Shown here piece by piece: positions 29,026-40,347 of a stretch of 51,429 nucleotides of DNA. How positions within the stretch are numbered: position 1 is the stretch's first letter; each line of letters starts with the position of its first letter. This stretch comes from Nitrososphaerales archaeon. GTDB taxonomy: Archaea > Thermoproteota > Nitrososphaeria > Nitrososphaerales > JACPRH01. The notes under the pieces were generated by a model. That model did not search any database, was not told the origin of the DNA, and saw nothing but the letters and a program-made list of their open reading frames with translations. A program made the position numbers and the translations under genes. The stretch is taken from assembly GCA_030745655.1 (NCBI GenBank), contig JASLOE010000004.1, positions 1 to 51,429 of the forward strand, written 5' to 3'.

Positions 29026-29508
29026 TTGGATTTCAAAGATAAGTTTGCTATGAGTATGAATTATACATTCGGGATAGGAGTTAACAGTTTCTTGCCTTTT
29101 GATAATCTTCAGTTTTCTTTTTCCAAGCGAACTGGTAGAATAAAATCAGTTATGCTAAACGGTAAGTTACTTGCTACTCTTCGTTCTGATGGCAGTATTG
29201 CTATTACGGTATATTGTGCATCTCTTTTAATCAAATATCCATTATTTTTGGAGAACTGTGTAGTGGTAGAGAATGGAGCTGATGATTTTATATCTGTAGG
29301 CAGATCGGTTTTTGCAAAGCATGTTGTAAGTTGTGGTGATAGAGTGAAACCTTCTTCAGATGTTGCAATTCTGGATGAACAAGGTAATGTTATTGGAGTA
29401 GGTAAGGCAATCTTATCTGCAAAGATGATGAGGGCCTTCAATAGAGGAGTTGCTGTGAAAGTCAGGGAATCCATAAACAAGGTAACTGAGAATAAGGTAA
29501 ATGCTTAA
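29026..29508 (+). CDS. Pre-PUA/PUA RNA-binding domain protein (archaeosine TGT C-terminal-like)
   Basis: SKRTGRIK, GRSVFAKHV, GVAVKVRE. Confidence 0.88.
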   Translation: MDFKDKFAMSMNYTFGIGVNSFLPFDNLQFSFSKRTGRIKSVMLNGKLLATLRSDGSIAITVYCASLLIKYPLFLENCVVVENGADDFISVGRSVFAKHVVSCGDRVKPSSDVAILDEQGNVIGVGKAILSAKMMRAFNRGVAVKVRESINKVTENKVNA

Positions 29509-29561
29509 GGGAATGGATATATTATCTCCCAGCGATAATAAAAGGAAACGATGAGAAAAAT

Positions 29562-29897
29562 TTGGAGTTAGGTGGCAGAAAAAATAGGCGCATGCTTGAG
29601 CGAATGGGGTTGGATATGAACCAAATTCCTGATGTAAAGGAAGTTATAATTCGAACTTCAACTAAAGATTTGGTGGTACGGGAAGCAAATGTTTCAGAAA
29701 TAAATGCGAAGGGTATGCGAGTTTTCCAAGTTATGGGTAACGAAGTAGAGGAAATTGAGCATGAAAAACCTAAGTTCACTGAGGAAGATGTTCTACTTGT
29801 AGCTCAACAAGCAGGAGTATCAAAAGAGAGAGCGAGTGCAGCTTTGGAAGAGAGTAATGGAGATCTTGCGCAAGCTATTCTTCAACTTTCATCATAA
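29562..29897 (+). CDS. nac: Nascent polypeptide-associated complex protein
   Basis: RRMLERMGLDM, EVII, C-terminal UBA (LVAQQAGVS...GDLAQAI). Confidence 0.94.
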   Translation: MELGGRKNRRMLERMGLDMNQIPDVKEVIIRTSTKDLVVREANVSEINAKGMRVFQVMGNEVEEIEHEKPKFTEEDVLLVAQQAGVSKERASAALEESNGDLAQAILQLSS

Positions 29898-29939
29898 TCC
29901 AGTAATACTTTAATTGCATCTGAAAGCAGGGATGTGTGA

Positions 29940-30281
29940 GTGCTTTTGTCTGATAATGCTAGCATAGAAATAGAAAAAATAATGAATATTCTCTTGAGTG
30001 TTGAGAAGAAGCTTGACAGTATTAAATTAGAAATGGATCAAAGAAAACAGGAATTACTAGATGCTGCAAAAGAAGCTGCGGAGAAGGCGAAAGAAGAAGT
30101 AATAATTGATATTGAAAAGAGTAAAAAGAAGGCTCTTGATGAAATCCAAAATAATGCTGAAAAGGACGCAAGTAAAATAATGCAGAAGAACGAAAAAAAC
30201 ATTAAGATCCTTCAGAAGAGAATAAATGAAAAATATCAAGATGCTCTAGAAATAGTTTCGCTCAGAGTACTTGGTGAATAA
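29940..30281 (+). CDS. atpH: A/V-type ATP synthase peripheral stalk subunit H (G-like)
   Basis: Charged coiled-coil protein overlapping atpC. Confidence 0.7.
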   Translation: MLLSDNASIEIEKIMNILLSVEKKLDSIKLEMDQRKQELLDAAKEAAEKAKEEVIIDIEKSKKKALDEIQNNAEKDASKIMQKNEKNIKILQKRINEKYQDALEIVSLRVLGE

Positions 30282-31341
30282 AATACATTCAAAAAACCAC
30301 TTCACTGACCAAACCTTTAGTATGGTCAAATCATTTGCATCTCGTGGTAATCTTCTTGATTCTTCAACGATTGAAGGTTTAGCGGAATCAAAAAATCTAG
30401 ATGATATGTTAGTAAAGCTGAGAGGAACTGTTTATGTGGATGTTGTTTCTTCAATAGAACCACCTCTTACAAGCAACAAATTTGAAATGAGCTTTCATAG
30501 GCATCTTTCACAAATACACCACAAACTGATGAATGTAACTCCTAAAAATGAGATACTTACTGCATACTATTTGAAATATATTGCAAGTAATTTGAAAATT
30601 CTATTAAAAGGGAGGGCACAGAATAAGTCGGATGAAGAAATATCTAAGCACTTAGATATGTACGCAGAGGAACTAATAGGTAGACGTGACCTGATTGTGA
30701 AGGCTTTATCGGCAGAGAATATTGAACAAACAATAACTCTTTTAAAGAAAAGTGAATTTGGAGAGAACGTTATTTCTGCCTTAGATATATATAAGAAAAC
30801 AAGTGAATTTCAAATATTCGATATATTTATCGATAAAGCCTACTTTGATTATATTTTATCAGCCTACAAATTAAAGAATAAAGATGATAATCGCATTAGA
30901 GATATTGTTTCCGTTGATATTGATGCATATAACGGTTTAGCGGTATTAAGGGGAAAACTCTGGAATCTTGGTTCATCAGAAATAAAGAAATTTCTTATTT
31001 CACCTTTCTTTGATTTAACTGAACGGAATTTAAAGGCTATGATAGATGCAGAATCTGTTGCTGAATCTATTGAAATTCTTAAAGGAACAGTATATCACAA
31101 GATAATCTTGACAAAAGAAAATGTTGCTGAATCTATTTTGGGCATTGAAGATGGATTTCAATTAATGGGTTATCGCCGGGCGTTTAATCCGTTTCTTTGG
31201 GATATTGATGGGACAAGTATCGCACTTGGTGCAATTAAGCTTACTGAACTTGAGATGAGGAATCTTTCCATAATAGCTTTTGGGGTTGAGCATCATTTAG
31301 GTGTAAAAGATATTATGTCAAAAATTATTTTTTTAAAATAA
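30271..31341 (+). CDS. atpC: A/V-type ATP synthase subunit C
   Basis: NLKILLKG, DIDAYN..LRGK, ELEMRNL.IIA.G. Confidence 0.9.
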   Translation: MVNKIHSKNHFTDQTFSMVKSFASRGNLLDSSTIEGLAESKNLDDMLVKLRGTVYVDVVSSIEPPLTSNKFEMSFHRHLSQIHHKLMNVTPKNEILTAYYLKYIASNLKILLKGRAQNKSDEEISKHLDMYAEELIGRRDLIVKALSAENIEQTITLLKKSEFGENVISALDIYKKTSEFQIFDIFIDKAYFDYILSAYKLKNKDDNRIRDIVSVDIDAYNGLAVLRGKLWNLGSSEIKKFLISPFFDLTERNLKAMIDAESVAESIEILKGTVYHKIILTKENVAESILGIEDGFQLMGYRRAFNPFLWDIDGTSIALGAIKLTELEMRNLSIIAFGVEHHLGVKDIMSKIIFLK

Positions 31342-31347
31342 TTAAAT

Positions 31348-33405
31348 TTATTTTTCTTCCCACTCTAAATCGAAATATGTTGGTTCTGGCTTCATTTTTT
31401 GGAAAATAAATCCTGTACCTTCATAGAATTTTGTAAACCATTCGTATAAATGTAACCTAATATCTTGAATATACACAATCAAACCTTCTAACATCATTAC
31501 TAAAACGTTAAAAATAATCAACATTGGGATAGCTACAAATATCGGAAGAGAAACTGCTCGGTTTAAAACCATAAGTAATGCAGCATGAACTAAAAGTAGA
31601 ACCCCAAGTCTAGCATAACTCATAGTATTTGCAAGAAACTCAACTATTCTAATTATGAATTCAACTAACCCCATAATGAGAGACATTGCTAAACTCTCTT
31701 TAGGCGCCTTTTTGAGAATAATTGCTACTGGCTTTCCAAATATCAAAATGATTGTAGCTATAACAAAGATTGGTAATGATATTAATGTGGCCTGAGCTAC
31801 AGGAATACCAAGTAATGGAATCGGATTTTGCATCGTTAAAAGACCATCAAAATTGTTTCCAGCACCAAGAAATGCCAATGCAAAAATTACTCCAAATATA
31901 TACATAATGAAGGTTGGAATTTTATCTACAAAAGCTTCAACATACTCTTTTTCTCTTATGGTTTTGTAAACATCTAATCCAAAACCTAATGTAAGATGAA
32001 ATATTCCTAAAATTATCGATATTTGCAGAATTGTTGTTACTGCTTCCTTGTTGAAACTCGTTACTCCATGATGACGTTCTACAATTTCTAGAAGTGGATG
32101 TTGAAGACTGGGTATAATATCCCCTATAGCGAAACCAAAAACCTCACCAATACTAAATCCAACAATAGATGCTGTGATGCCTGAAACTGTAAGCATAACT
32201 CCCCATTTTTTCGTAGGATTGTTACCTCGGATATACAACAAGATACCAAAAAGCGAAAGTATCATTCCATGTCCTAAATCACCAAACATAATTCCGTAAA
32301 AGACAGGAAAAGTAAGCATAATAAGTGGGGTAGGGTCTACATCACTATACTTAGGTGGACCTTTATTCAAAGTAATTGGTTCGAATGCTCTAATGAATGG
32401 GAAGTTCTTCATTAAAGTTGGTTCATTAGATGAGTTCTCTTCCTTTTCTTCTTCATGTTTAACATCTTCTATCAAGGTGATCCATTTGGAAAATTTTTTC
32501 TTGAAGTCAATAATATTTTTTTTAGGAAAGTAACCGCTGACAACTGCAAAATGCTGCAAATCGCCTGCTTTCTTCACACCAGTGAAAACTTCATGAACTG
32601 TTTGTGCCCCTTCTCTAATAGAATGCATCTTCTGTGTAGACTTCTCAACCTTAGTACTGATCGTGCTGGTTATTTCATTCAACCTAATTATTTGTCTATC
32701 CAGATCTTGGTTTACAACGTTTTGTGCTTCAATCAAATTTTGTGGTAATCTTTCTGGTATTTCAAAGGGTTTTATCTCGAAGCTTCTTAGAATTTTCTCT
32801 ACTCTATCATATTCAGTAACAGATATCGCAATGAATAAAGCACTTCTTTCTGGAGTTAGTTTTACTGAAATGAATATGTCATCAGACAAACTATTCCTCA
32901 CTTCTATTAGGTCCTTTGTTGAGAAAACTGAAAAGAATACATGAAATTGCTTAAGACTCCGTAATATATCCAAATCTACTGAAAGATCTGCAAGCATTGA
33001 GAAAGCTTTCTTTAGAGATTTATTCTCTACTATCTGATTCTGTAGGTTCCTTTTTTCCGATAGTAATGATTGTAAATCATTAATTAGTGGGTTAGCATCT
33101 GCCTCGAGTTTTTCAATAAAATCCTTCCAATCTTTTGCTTTAAACTTCTCTTTTTCAACTTTATTTCCTTTAGTTAAAGTATCGATTAGTCCTATTTCTT
33201 TAATTCCTAATTCCTTATGAATTTCTTCCATATTGATAAGAATTTTAAAAGCACGAAGAGCTAAATCATTTAGATTAGGATCTGATTGAGAATTTCCTTC
33301 CCTAATGACATGAAACATATCAAATCTTGAAAGTTCAGTTGTAATTTGTGAAAGTTCGTTTCGTGGACTCACAAGAGTGGCCTTCATCAACTTCTGAACT
33401 ACCAA
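31348..33405 (-). CDS. atpI: A/V-type ATP synthase subunit I (a)
   Basis: DPTP, FYGIMFGDLGHG, NTMSYARL (essential Arg), RLHLYEWFTKFY. Confidence 0.96.
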   Translation of the reverse strand: MVVQKLMKATLVSPRNELSQITTELSRFDMFHVIREGNSQSDPNLNDLALRAFKILINMEEIHKELGIKEIGLIDTLTKGNKVEKEKFKAKDWKDFIEKLEADANPLINDLQSLLSEKRNLQNQIVENKSLKKAFSMLADLSVDLDILRSLKQFHVFFSVFSTKDLIEVRNSLSDDIFISVKLTPERSALFIAISVTEYDRVEKILRSFEIKPFEIPERLPQNLIEAQNVVNQDLDRQIIRLNEITSTISTKVEKSTQKMHSIREGAQTVHEVFTGVKKAGDLQHFAVVSGYFPKKNIIDFKKKFSKWITLIEDVKHEEEKEENSSNEPTLMKNFPFIRAFEPITLNKGPPKYSDVDPTPLIMLTFPVFYGIMFGDLGHGMILSLFGILLYIRGNNPTKKWGVMLTVSGITASIVGFSIGEVFGFAIGDIIPSLQHPLLEIVERHHGVTSFNKEAVTTILQISIILGIFHLTLGFGLDVYKTIREKEYVEAFVDKIPTFIMYIFGVIFALAFLGAGNNFDGLLTMQNPIPLLGIPVAQATLISLPIFVIATIILIFGKPVAIILKKAPKESLAMSLIMGLVEFIIRIVEFLANTMSYARLGVLLLVHAALLMVLNRAVSLPIFVAIPMLIIFNVLVMMLEGLIVYIQDIRLHLYEWFTKFYEGTGFIFQKMKPEPTYFDLEWEEK

Positions 33406-33670
33406 GTTTCTTCCTTGCTCCTATGCCTAACTACAATGCGCATTCAGAATGTCTTCTAATAACCTTTTGGTACAACTTATCATAACGTTTTACATCTGGA
33501 TATTATCTTAATCTCTTCTATCTATAACATCCACATCTTATCAAATAATGTATTTCGAAAAGGTTTCTTTGTGTTTGTATTGTGATCTTCATTCCTAACT
33601 CTATCTTTAGTATAAATATTGAATTCAAGAGGAAGTTTTATAAATTCTCCATTATGCAACCATCGTTGAT

Positions 33671-33970
33671 ATGAAGATAGTTGCAATTGGAGGCCGACCT
33701 TTTGTTACCGGTCTTCAACTTGCAGGTGTAGACGGTAAAGAGGTTTCAACACCAGAAGAAGCATTAGCCAACGTAAAAGACCTAATGGCAACTCCGGATA
33801 TAGGTTTGATAATATTGAGTGATGATCTTGAGAAAAATATTAGAACCGAGGTATCAGAAATTCGATTAAATCAACCTGTGCCAATAATTTATGCTGTTCC
33901 AGCTCCAGGAGGTAAACAAGAAAAGGTACAATATCGTGAGATTGTCAAACAAATGTTAAAGATAGGATAA
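33671..33970 (+). CDS. atpF: A/V-type ATP synthase subunit F
   Basis: MKIVAIG..FVTGLQLAGV, DIGLIIL. Confidence 0.93.
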   Translation: MKIVAIGGRPFVTGLQLAGVDGKEVSTPEEALANVKDLMATPDIGLIILSDDLEKNIRTEVSEIRLNQPVPIIYAVPAPGGKQEKVQYREIVKQMLKIG

Positions 33971-34034
33971 TGGGATAAGTATTTGAATAACTTAAAAATC
34001 AAATTTCAAATAACAATTGTTTTGGTGAGTAACA

Positions 34035-34643
34035 TTGAATAATCGAGAAGCATTTGAAAATGTAGTTAGCAAAGTAGTAAATGATATAACGAAAGAAATC
34101 ATGTCAAGTTTAGAAAATTCTCATAATGATGCCTTAAAGATCATCGAGAACGCGGAACAAGAATCAGATATTAACGCTGCAGAAATACTTCAATCTGTAG
34201 ATAAGGAAGGAGATACATTACGTCGTAGGATAATAGGCAATACTGAACTTAAAGCCCGAAATAAATCTCTTCAACTCATCGAAGAGACAGTAAATAAAAT
34301 ATTTGCAGAATCATTAAAAGGACTAAATGATATTTCATCAAACAAAAATTATGATAAATCTATAAAACGACATCTAGAGGAAGGTTTGGATGCGATAGGT
34401 GGAGAAAAATTTACTGTCTCTTGTGACACAAAAGATGTAGATCTATTGAATAAAATTTCCAAAGAAGTCCAAGAAACAAGGGGTGTAAAGATCAAGTTAT
34501 CCTCAAAAAGCATATCCTGCAATGGTGGTGTTAAAATCATGAATCATGATGGATCAGTAATATTCAATAATACTGTAGAGGCACGGTTGGAAAGATTCAA
34601 ACCACTTTTAAGAAAGCAGATTTCGGATATGCTTACAAAGTGA
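34035..34643 (+). CDS. atpE: A/V-type ATP synthase subunit E
   Basis: N-terminal coiled coil; GGVKI...DGS..FNNTVEARL. Confidence 0.92.
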   Translation: MNNREAFENVVSKVVNDITKEIMSSLENSHNDALKIIENAEQESDINAAEILQSVDKEGDTLRRRIIGNTELKARNKSLQLIEETVNKIFAESLKGLNDISSNKNYDKSIKRHLEEGLDAIGGEKFTVSCDTKDVDLLNKISKEVQETRGVKIKLSSKSISCNGGVKIMNHDGSVIFNNTVEARLERFKPLLRKQISDMLTK

Positions 34644-34655
34644 AGTGAGAATTAA

Positions 34656-36446
34656 TTGATTGCTAAAGGTAAAATTGTCTGGATTAGTGGACCCGCAGTA
34701 AAGGCTTCAGGTATGTCTGAAGCCAAGATGTATGAAACAGTAGAGGTAGGTGAAGATCGTTTAGTCGGTGAAATTATTCGACTAACAGGTGACGTGGCAT
34801 TCATACAGGTATATGAAAGCACTAGTGGTCTAAAACCTGGTGAACCTGTTATTGGAACAGGACAACCACTTTCAGTATCATTAGGACCTGGCATGATGGG
34901 CAAGATTTATGATGGATTGCAGCGACCACTTGATGAACTCGCAAAGGTAGCAGGGTCTTTCATTGAAAGAGGTATATCGGTACCCCCCATATCACATGAT
35001 AAGGAATGGCATTTCAAACCAACAGTTAAGAAAGGGGATATAGTTGAAGCTGGAAGTGTAATTGGGGTAGTAGATGAAACTCCTCTGATAGAACATAAGG
35101 TAATGGTTCCTCCTGAACATTCTGGTGGAAAAATTCTAGAAGTTATCAAAGAAGGGAATTACAATATAGATGAAATAATTGCAACAATTCAAAAAAATGG
35201 GCCTAAACAAGATCTCAAGATGTATCATCGATGGCCGGTTAGAAGAGGACGTCCATATACTAAACGATTTGGTTCTGACCTTCCACTTGTAACTGGACAA
35301 CGAATAATCGATACATTTTTTCCACTGGTAAAAGGTGGGACTGCAGCTATTCCCGGAGGATTTGGAACCGGAAAGACTGTTACACTTCATCAGGTTGCTG
35401 CTTGGGCAAATGCTAAGGTTGTATTTCATGTTGGTTGTGGAGAAAGAGGAAATGAAATGACTGAGGTTCTGATTAAGTTTCCAGAACTTAAAGACCCTGC
35501 TACAGGTTTATCATTAATGGAAAGAACAGTTTTGGTAGCAAATACAAGTAATATGCCCGTTGCTGCAAGAGAGGCTAGTATCTATACTGGAGTAACAATG
35601 GCAGAGTATTATAGAGATATGGGATATGATGTTGTACTTGTAGCAGATTCTACAAGCCGGTGGGCTGAAGCCCTTAGAGAAATAAGCGGTCGTCTTGAAG
35701 AGATGCCTGCGGAGGAAGGGTATCCCTCGTATCTAGCTTCACGTCTTGCAGAATTCTATGAACGTGCAGGGAGGATGCAGAGTCTCGGGAGCCCTGAGAG
35801 GATAGGGTCAGTTACATTAATTGGAGCTGTTTCCCCTTCAGGAGCTGATTTCACTGAACCAGTTACAACACATACATCTAGATTCATTAAGACATTTTGG
35901 GGACTTGATACAAAATTAGCGTATTCACGGCATTACCCTTCAATTAACTGGATAACAAGCTATACTGGTTATGTAGATGATGTATCAGATTGGTGGTCAA
36001 AAAATGTATATCAAAATTGGAGGCAGCTGAGGTTAGAAGCTTTCGAAATTCTTCAACGAGAGGATGTTCTGAAGGAGATAGTGAGATTATTGGGGCCAGA
36101 AGCCCTTCCTAATGAAGAGAAGCTCCTTTTGGATGTTGCTAGAATGGTCAAGGAAGGCTTCCTTCAACAGAGTGCTTTTGATGATATTGATACATATTGC
36201 AGTCCAGAGAAACAGGTAAAGCAACTTAATATTTTGGTAGAATTCTATCATTTAGCTCTCTCTGCCCTAGGCTCAGGAGTTCCTTTGGAAGATATCCGGG
36301 CTATGCCAATCATAACGAGCATCATTAGATCTAAATATGAAATTCCTAATACAGAATTAGATAAACTTGATAAACTGCTTGGAAAAATGAAGGACTCATT
36401 CAAAGAGATTCGTAAAGTTAAGGAGACAGAAACAATTGTCAAGTAA
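34656..36446 (+). CDS. atpA: A/V-type ATP synthase subunit A
   Basis: [28 protein letters not shown]. Confidence 0.98.
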   Translation: MIAKGKIVWISGPAVKASGMSEAKMYETVEVGEDRLVGEIIRLTGDVAFIQVYESTSGLKPGEPVIGTGQPLSVSLGPGMMGKIYDGLQRPLDELAKVAGSFIERGISVPPISHDKEWHFKPTVKKGDIVEAGSVIGVVDETPLIEHKVMVPPEHSGGKILEVIKEGNYNIDEIIATIQKNGPKQDLKMYHRWPVRRGRPYTKRFGSDLPLVTGQRIIDTFFPLVKGGTAAIPGGFGTGKTVTLHQVAAWANAKVVFHVGCGERGNEMTEVLIKFPELKDPATGLSLMERTVLVANTSNMPVAAREASIYTGVTMAEYYRDMGYDVVLVADSTSRWAEALREISGRLEEMPAEEGYPSYLASRLAEFYERAGRMQSLGSPERIGSVTLIGAVSPSGADFTEPVTTHTSRFIKTFWGLDTKLAYSRHYPSINWITSYTGYVDDVSDWWSKNVYQNWRQLRLEAFEILQREDVLKEIVRLLGPEALPNEEKLLLDVARMVKEGFLQQSAFDDIDTYCSPEKQVKQLNILVEFYHLALSALGSGVPLEDIRAMPIITSIIRSKYEIPNTELDKLDKLLGKMKDSFKEIRKVKETETIVK

Positions 36447-37821
36447 ATCTGTTAGCGGGATAGAGTATACCAAAGTTGCTGAAATAAAAGGGCCACTCCT
36501 TATTTTAGACGGTGTCACAAGATCTGCATTCGATGAATTAGTGGAAATCACGCCTCAAGAAGGAGCAACACGACTTGGCAAAGTATTAGAAGTTGGAGGT
36601 GGGAAGGCTGTAGTACAAGTCTTTGAGGGGACAACTGGTCTGTCTGTAGCCAGAACTAAATCACGTTTTCTTGGTAAAACAATGGAGATGCCTGTTTCTG
36701 AAGAAGTTTTAGGAAGAATATTTGATGGCCTAGGAAGGCCTATAGATGGATTACCTGAACCTATTGGAGAACTTTTTAAGGATGTAAACGGTCAACCAAT
36801 GAATCCTGAACGAAGAGATTATCCAACAGATTTTATACAAACTGGAATTTCTGTTATCGATGGAATGAATACACTTGTACGAGGTCAGAAGCTTCCGATA
36901 TTTTCTGGAGCAGGATTACCACACAATAAATTGGCTGCACAAATAGCTAGACAAGCAACTGTAGCTGGAAGTGGAGATGAATTTGCAGTAGTATTTGCTG
37001 CTATAGGTGTTCAACATTCAGAAGCAGCATTCTTCAGAAAATCTCTGGAGGAAAGTGGAGCAATAAAGAGAAGTGCATTATTTCTTAATCTTGCTGATGA
37101 TCCTGCAATAGAACGTATTATTACCCCTAGAGTAGCGTTAACTGTAGCAGAGTACCTTGCTTTTAATCTAGATATGCATGTATTGGTAATTATTACAGAT
37201 ATGACCAATTATTCAGAAGCACTTCGTGAAATAAGCGCGGCACGAGAGGAAGTACCTGGCCGTAAAGGGTATCCGGGTTATTTGTATACCGATTTAGCTT
37301 CACTTTATGAACGTGCAGGGCGTATTAAAGGACATAAAGGAAGTATAACTCAGATGCCTATTCTTTCTATGCCGAGTGATGACATCACACATCCTATTCC
37401 GGACTTAACTGGTTATATTACTGAGGGCCAAATCGTTCTTGGGAGAGATCTCTATCGTAAAGATATTTTTCCACCAGTAAATGTTCTCTCTTGTCTAAGT
37501 AGACTTATGAAGGATGGAATAGGTGAAGGGAGAACAAGGGAAGACCACCAGAATGTAAGCGATCAGCTCTATGCTGGATATGCACGTGCTCAAGAGTTAA
37601 GAGCTCTTGCTGAAATTGTCGGTAAAGCAGGTTTAGCTGAAACTGATATGAAATATCTTGACTTTGGTGAAGCCTTTGAAAAGAAATTTTTGAAACAAGA
37701 TTATGATGAGAATCGAACTATTAAAGAAACTCTCTTAATCGCTTGGAAGTTATTCTCAGAGTTACCAGATAAAGAATTAACTAAGATTAAGCAGCAGTAT
37801 ATTGATAAGTATGCTGAATAA
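36436..37821 (+). CDS. atpB: A/V-type ATP synthase subunit B
   Basis: [34 protein letters not shown]. Confidence 0.98.
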   Translation: MSSKSVSGIEYTKVAEIKGPLLILDGVTRSAFDELVEITPQEGATRLGKVLEVGGGKAVVQVFEGTTGLSVARTKSRFLGKTMEMPVSEEVLGRIFDGLGRPIDGLPEPIGELFKDVNGQPMNPERRDYPTDFIQTGISVIDGMNTLVRGQKLPIFSGAGLPHNKLAAQIARQATVAGSGDEFAVVFAAIGVQHSEAAFFRKSLEESGAIKRSALFLNLADDPAIERIITPRVALTVAEYLAFNLDMHVLVIITDMTNYSEALREISAAREEVPGRKGYPGYLYTDLASLYERAGRIKGHKGSITQMPILSMPSDDITHPIPDLTGYITEGQIVLGRDLYRKDIFPPVNVLSCLSRLMKDGIGEGRTREDHQNVSDQLYAGYARAQELRALAEIVGKAGLAETDMKYLDFGEAFEKKFLKQDYDENRTIKETLLIAWKLFSELPDKELTKIKQQYIDKYAE

Positions 37822-37840
37822 ATTGAGTTGAAGAGCTAGA

Positions 37841-38485
37841 ATGTCTGTTGCTTCTGGTAGAAGACCATTACCAACGAAGATAGAACTTATTCGGATAAAG
37901 AAGAGTCTACAAGTTGCGAATTCTGTGCATAAGATACTTGAAGATAAAAGGGATGTTCTTCTACGAAAGCTTGACGAAATAATTGAAGAAGCCACTATTT
38001 CGCGTGATAAGATGTGGGAACCATTATCAACAGCATATCGCTTTCTATTTAATACATATCTTAAGGTTGGATCCATTACTCTTGAATCTATTGCACTAAC
38101 AACACCTAGTCAAGTCGATGTTATTGCTGATGTTAAACCGATCGTGGACATTCTGGTCCCCACATTAAAATTATCAGAAAAAAAGTCTGAATTAACCTAT
38201 GGATTTGCCGATACTAGTTCTTCACTTGACACCACTACTCAGATGATGAGATTAGTTTTACCACATATATGTTCAGCTGCTGAATCTGAAAATACTATCT
38301 TTCGACTTGCAAAAGAGCTGGAAAAAACTCAGAGACTCATAAACGCTTTAGAATATGTGATTATTCCAAGTTATAAAGATTCAATAAAGTTTATAGCTTC
38401 TACTCTAGAGGAACGCGAAAGAGAGGACTTTGTAAAGCTTAAGCACGTCAAAGCGACAATGGAGAAACGAAAGGAGGTTACATAA
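37841..38485 (+). CDS. atpD: A/V-type ATP synthase subunit D
   Basis: PTKIEL, LEDKRD, KTQRLINALE, LEERERE. Confidence 0.96.
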   Translation: MSVASGRRPLPTKIELIRIKKSLQVANSVHKILEDKRDVLLRKLDEIIEEATISRDKMWEPLSTAYRFLFNTYLKVGSITLESIALTTPSQVDVIADVKPIVDILVPTLKLSEKKSELTYGFADTSSSLDTTTQMMRLVLPHICSAAESENTIFRLAKELEKTQRLINALEYVIIPSYKDSIKFIASTLEEREREDFVKLKHVKATMEKRKEVT

Positions 38486-38487
38486 TA

Positions 38488-38631
38488 ATGGTGAAAAATG
38501 AAACAACAAAAAAGAAGTTTTCTCAAGCTCGTAAATCAATAGATAAAAAACATATTGACCTACAAAAAGAAGTTAAAGACAAGCTAAATGATTTACTGGA
38601 GAAGACTTATAAACACTTTGAAAAAACCTAG
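38488..38631 (+). CDS. 47-aa basic coiled-coil small protein (absent from ORF track)
   Basis: MVKNETTKKKFSQARKSIDKKHIDLQKEVKDKLNDLLEKTYKHFEKT; strong SD AAGGAGGT at 38471-38478; fills the atpD-atpK gap. Confidence 0.65.
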   Translation: MVKNETTKKKFSQARKSIDKKHIDLQKEVKDKLNDLLEKTYKHFEKT

Positions 38632-38656
38632 AGTGATAATTTAAGGAGAAATATAG

Positions 38657-38977
38657 ATGAATTATAAAACAATTCTAATGGTCGGACTTGTATTAAGTCT
38701 TTTCAGTATTATACCAGCTTTCGCACAAGAAGAGGAAACACCTGTAGCCGAAGAAACCCTTGATATAGCTGGTGCTAGTAAATTTCTTTCCGCAGCTCTT
38801 GCATTTAGTGCTGCAGCAATTGGTGCAGGATTAGCTGTTGGTAAAGCTGGTTCGGCTGGTTTGGCAGCGTCTGCAGAAAAACTTGAGTTGAAAACTACCG
38901 CCATAATTATTACTGCTCTTGGTGAAGCTATAGCTATTTATGGTATTGTAGTAGCAATATTGATTCTTGGAAATTAA
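38657..38977 (+). CDS. atpK: A/V-type ATP synthase proteolipid subunit K (c) with N-terminal signal-like extension
   Basis: Gly/Ala-rich hairpin; ALGEAIAIYG with the ion-binding Glu. Confidence 0.94.
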   Translation: MNYKTILMVGLVLSLFSIIPAFAQEEETPVAEETLDIAGASKFLSAALAFSAAAIGAGLAVGKAGSAGLAASAEKLELKTTAIIITALGEAIAIYGIVVAILILGN

Positions 38978-39083
38978 TAGTGAAAATTAATCTTTATTTT
39001 TATTATTAGTTATCTGAGATATTCAAATATTAAAGATAATAATTCTATGGACTTGCCCATAAAGAATATATCCTAAAAAACAA

Positions 39084-39329
39084 ATGTTAACTAATGTGAT
39101 GCCAAAAAAGCAGACACACGAAGTGGAATTCAGTAGATATAATTTTTCTTCGTTCAATTTTATAATGAAAACCATTCTTCTTGCCATTATTCTAACTGTA
39201 CCTCAAATTATCATTCTACTGGTTATCTTGGAGTTACAGATTGTAACACCAATTAACATGATAGGCTGGGTTATTTTTGCATTAATTTGGACTTTTTATG
39301 TTCTCTTAAAGTTATCAAAAATCTATTAA
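39084..39329 (+). CDS. Small two-TM hypothetical protein
   Basis: Two hydrophobic helices; start uncertain. Confidence 0.5.
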   Translation: MLTNVMPKKQTHEVEFSRYNFSSFNFIMKTILLAIILTVPQIIILLVILELQIVTPINMIGWVIFALIWTFYVLLKLSKIY

Positions 39330-39494
39330 TTACATATATTGCCATTAGCCTTATGCTAACATTTGTTATTGTAGATTTTGATGAATCTCAAGATAGAATT
39401 TCTCTTAATCTTTTTACCATATTAATGCAAGTATTTTTTATGCCTTATTAATATAATCGTTATGGAGTCAAAAATATCTAGGATTCATTAAAGA

Positions 39495-39707
39495 TCATAT
39501 TTTGGAAATTAATATCGAAATAACTATCGAGATCCCAAAACCTAGGGTGGCAAAAATAAGAGGCCACATTATCGAGTCAGAAACTCCACCTATATCTGAT
39601 AATTGAAATCCAATATAAGTTCCTCCTACAATTAACGCGATAAAGATAATCGGCAGAATAAGTAAATATTTTTGGATTTTCTTTTGCTTAGAATCTATCT
39701 TCATCAT
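39495..39707 (-). CDS. Small two-TM protein, AtpZ/AtpI-like pattern
   Basis: Basic N-terminus; GGTYIGFQLS...WPLIFATLG hairpin. Confidence 0.55.
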   Translation of the reverse strand: MMKIDSKQKKIQKYLLILPIIFIALIVGGTYIGFQLSDIGGVSDSIMWPLIFATLGFGISIVISILISKI

Positions 39708-39799
39708 TTTATTAACATTTCATATAATGCGTCTAAATTTTAACATCTTGATTACATGTGTTCATTGATTAAAGGTTTAGCATTACATAATCCAACAAT

Positions 39800-40255
39800 T
39801 TATAGTAATTCCTCAGGATTTGATATCTTCATGCAATATTTACACTGTAATTTAGGTGGATTCCTATTAATTACCTTTAAAATAGGTTTCAATGGTTCAT
39901 CCGAATTTGATATACAAGTTGGGTTTGGGCAGCTAAAAACATCTTCAAGAGCATCTGGAAGGTGTACTTTTCTCTTTTCTATTACTTTAAAATTCTTAAT
40001 TATGTTTACTGTGGCATTGGGTGCAATTAATGCTATCTTATTAGTCTCATTAGCGAAGAGAAACCGATTTTCTACTTTTATTACATCCTTTCTATTTAAT
40101 TTACTTGATGAAACATTCATCGCAATCGTTACTAGATTACCATCATGCCCTGTAACTTTAAGTGCTGAAAGTACTCTTAAAGCTTCTCCATGGTCAATAT
40201 GATCAATAACTGTTCCATCTTTTATCCGTCTAACCGCTAGATGTTCCTCAGACAA
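39800..40255 (-). CDS. pyrI: Aspartate carbamoyltransferase regulatory subunit
   Basis: IKDGTVIDHI, KDVIKVE, CPNPTCIS...CKYC. Confidence 0.97.
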   Translation of the reverse strand: MSEEHLAVRRIKDGTVIDHIDHGEALRVLSALKVTGHDGNLVTIAMNVSSSKLNRKDVIKVENRFLFANETNKIALIAPNATVNIIKNFKVIEKRKVHLPDALEDVFSCPNPTCISNSDEPLKPILKVINRNPPKLQCKYCMKISNPEELL

Positions 40256-40347
40256 ATTTGCCCGACCATAACCTGTGTAATGGTTGAATAACTACATTGC
40301 GCCTCAAATTTTTATATGTATCTGAATTGGTAGGTGAGTGGAATGTA

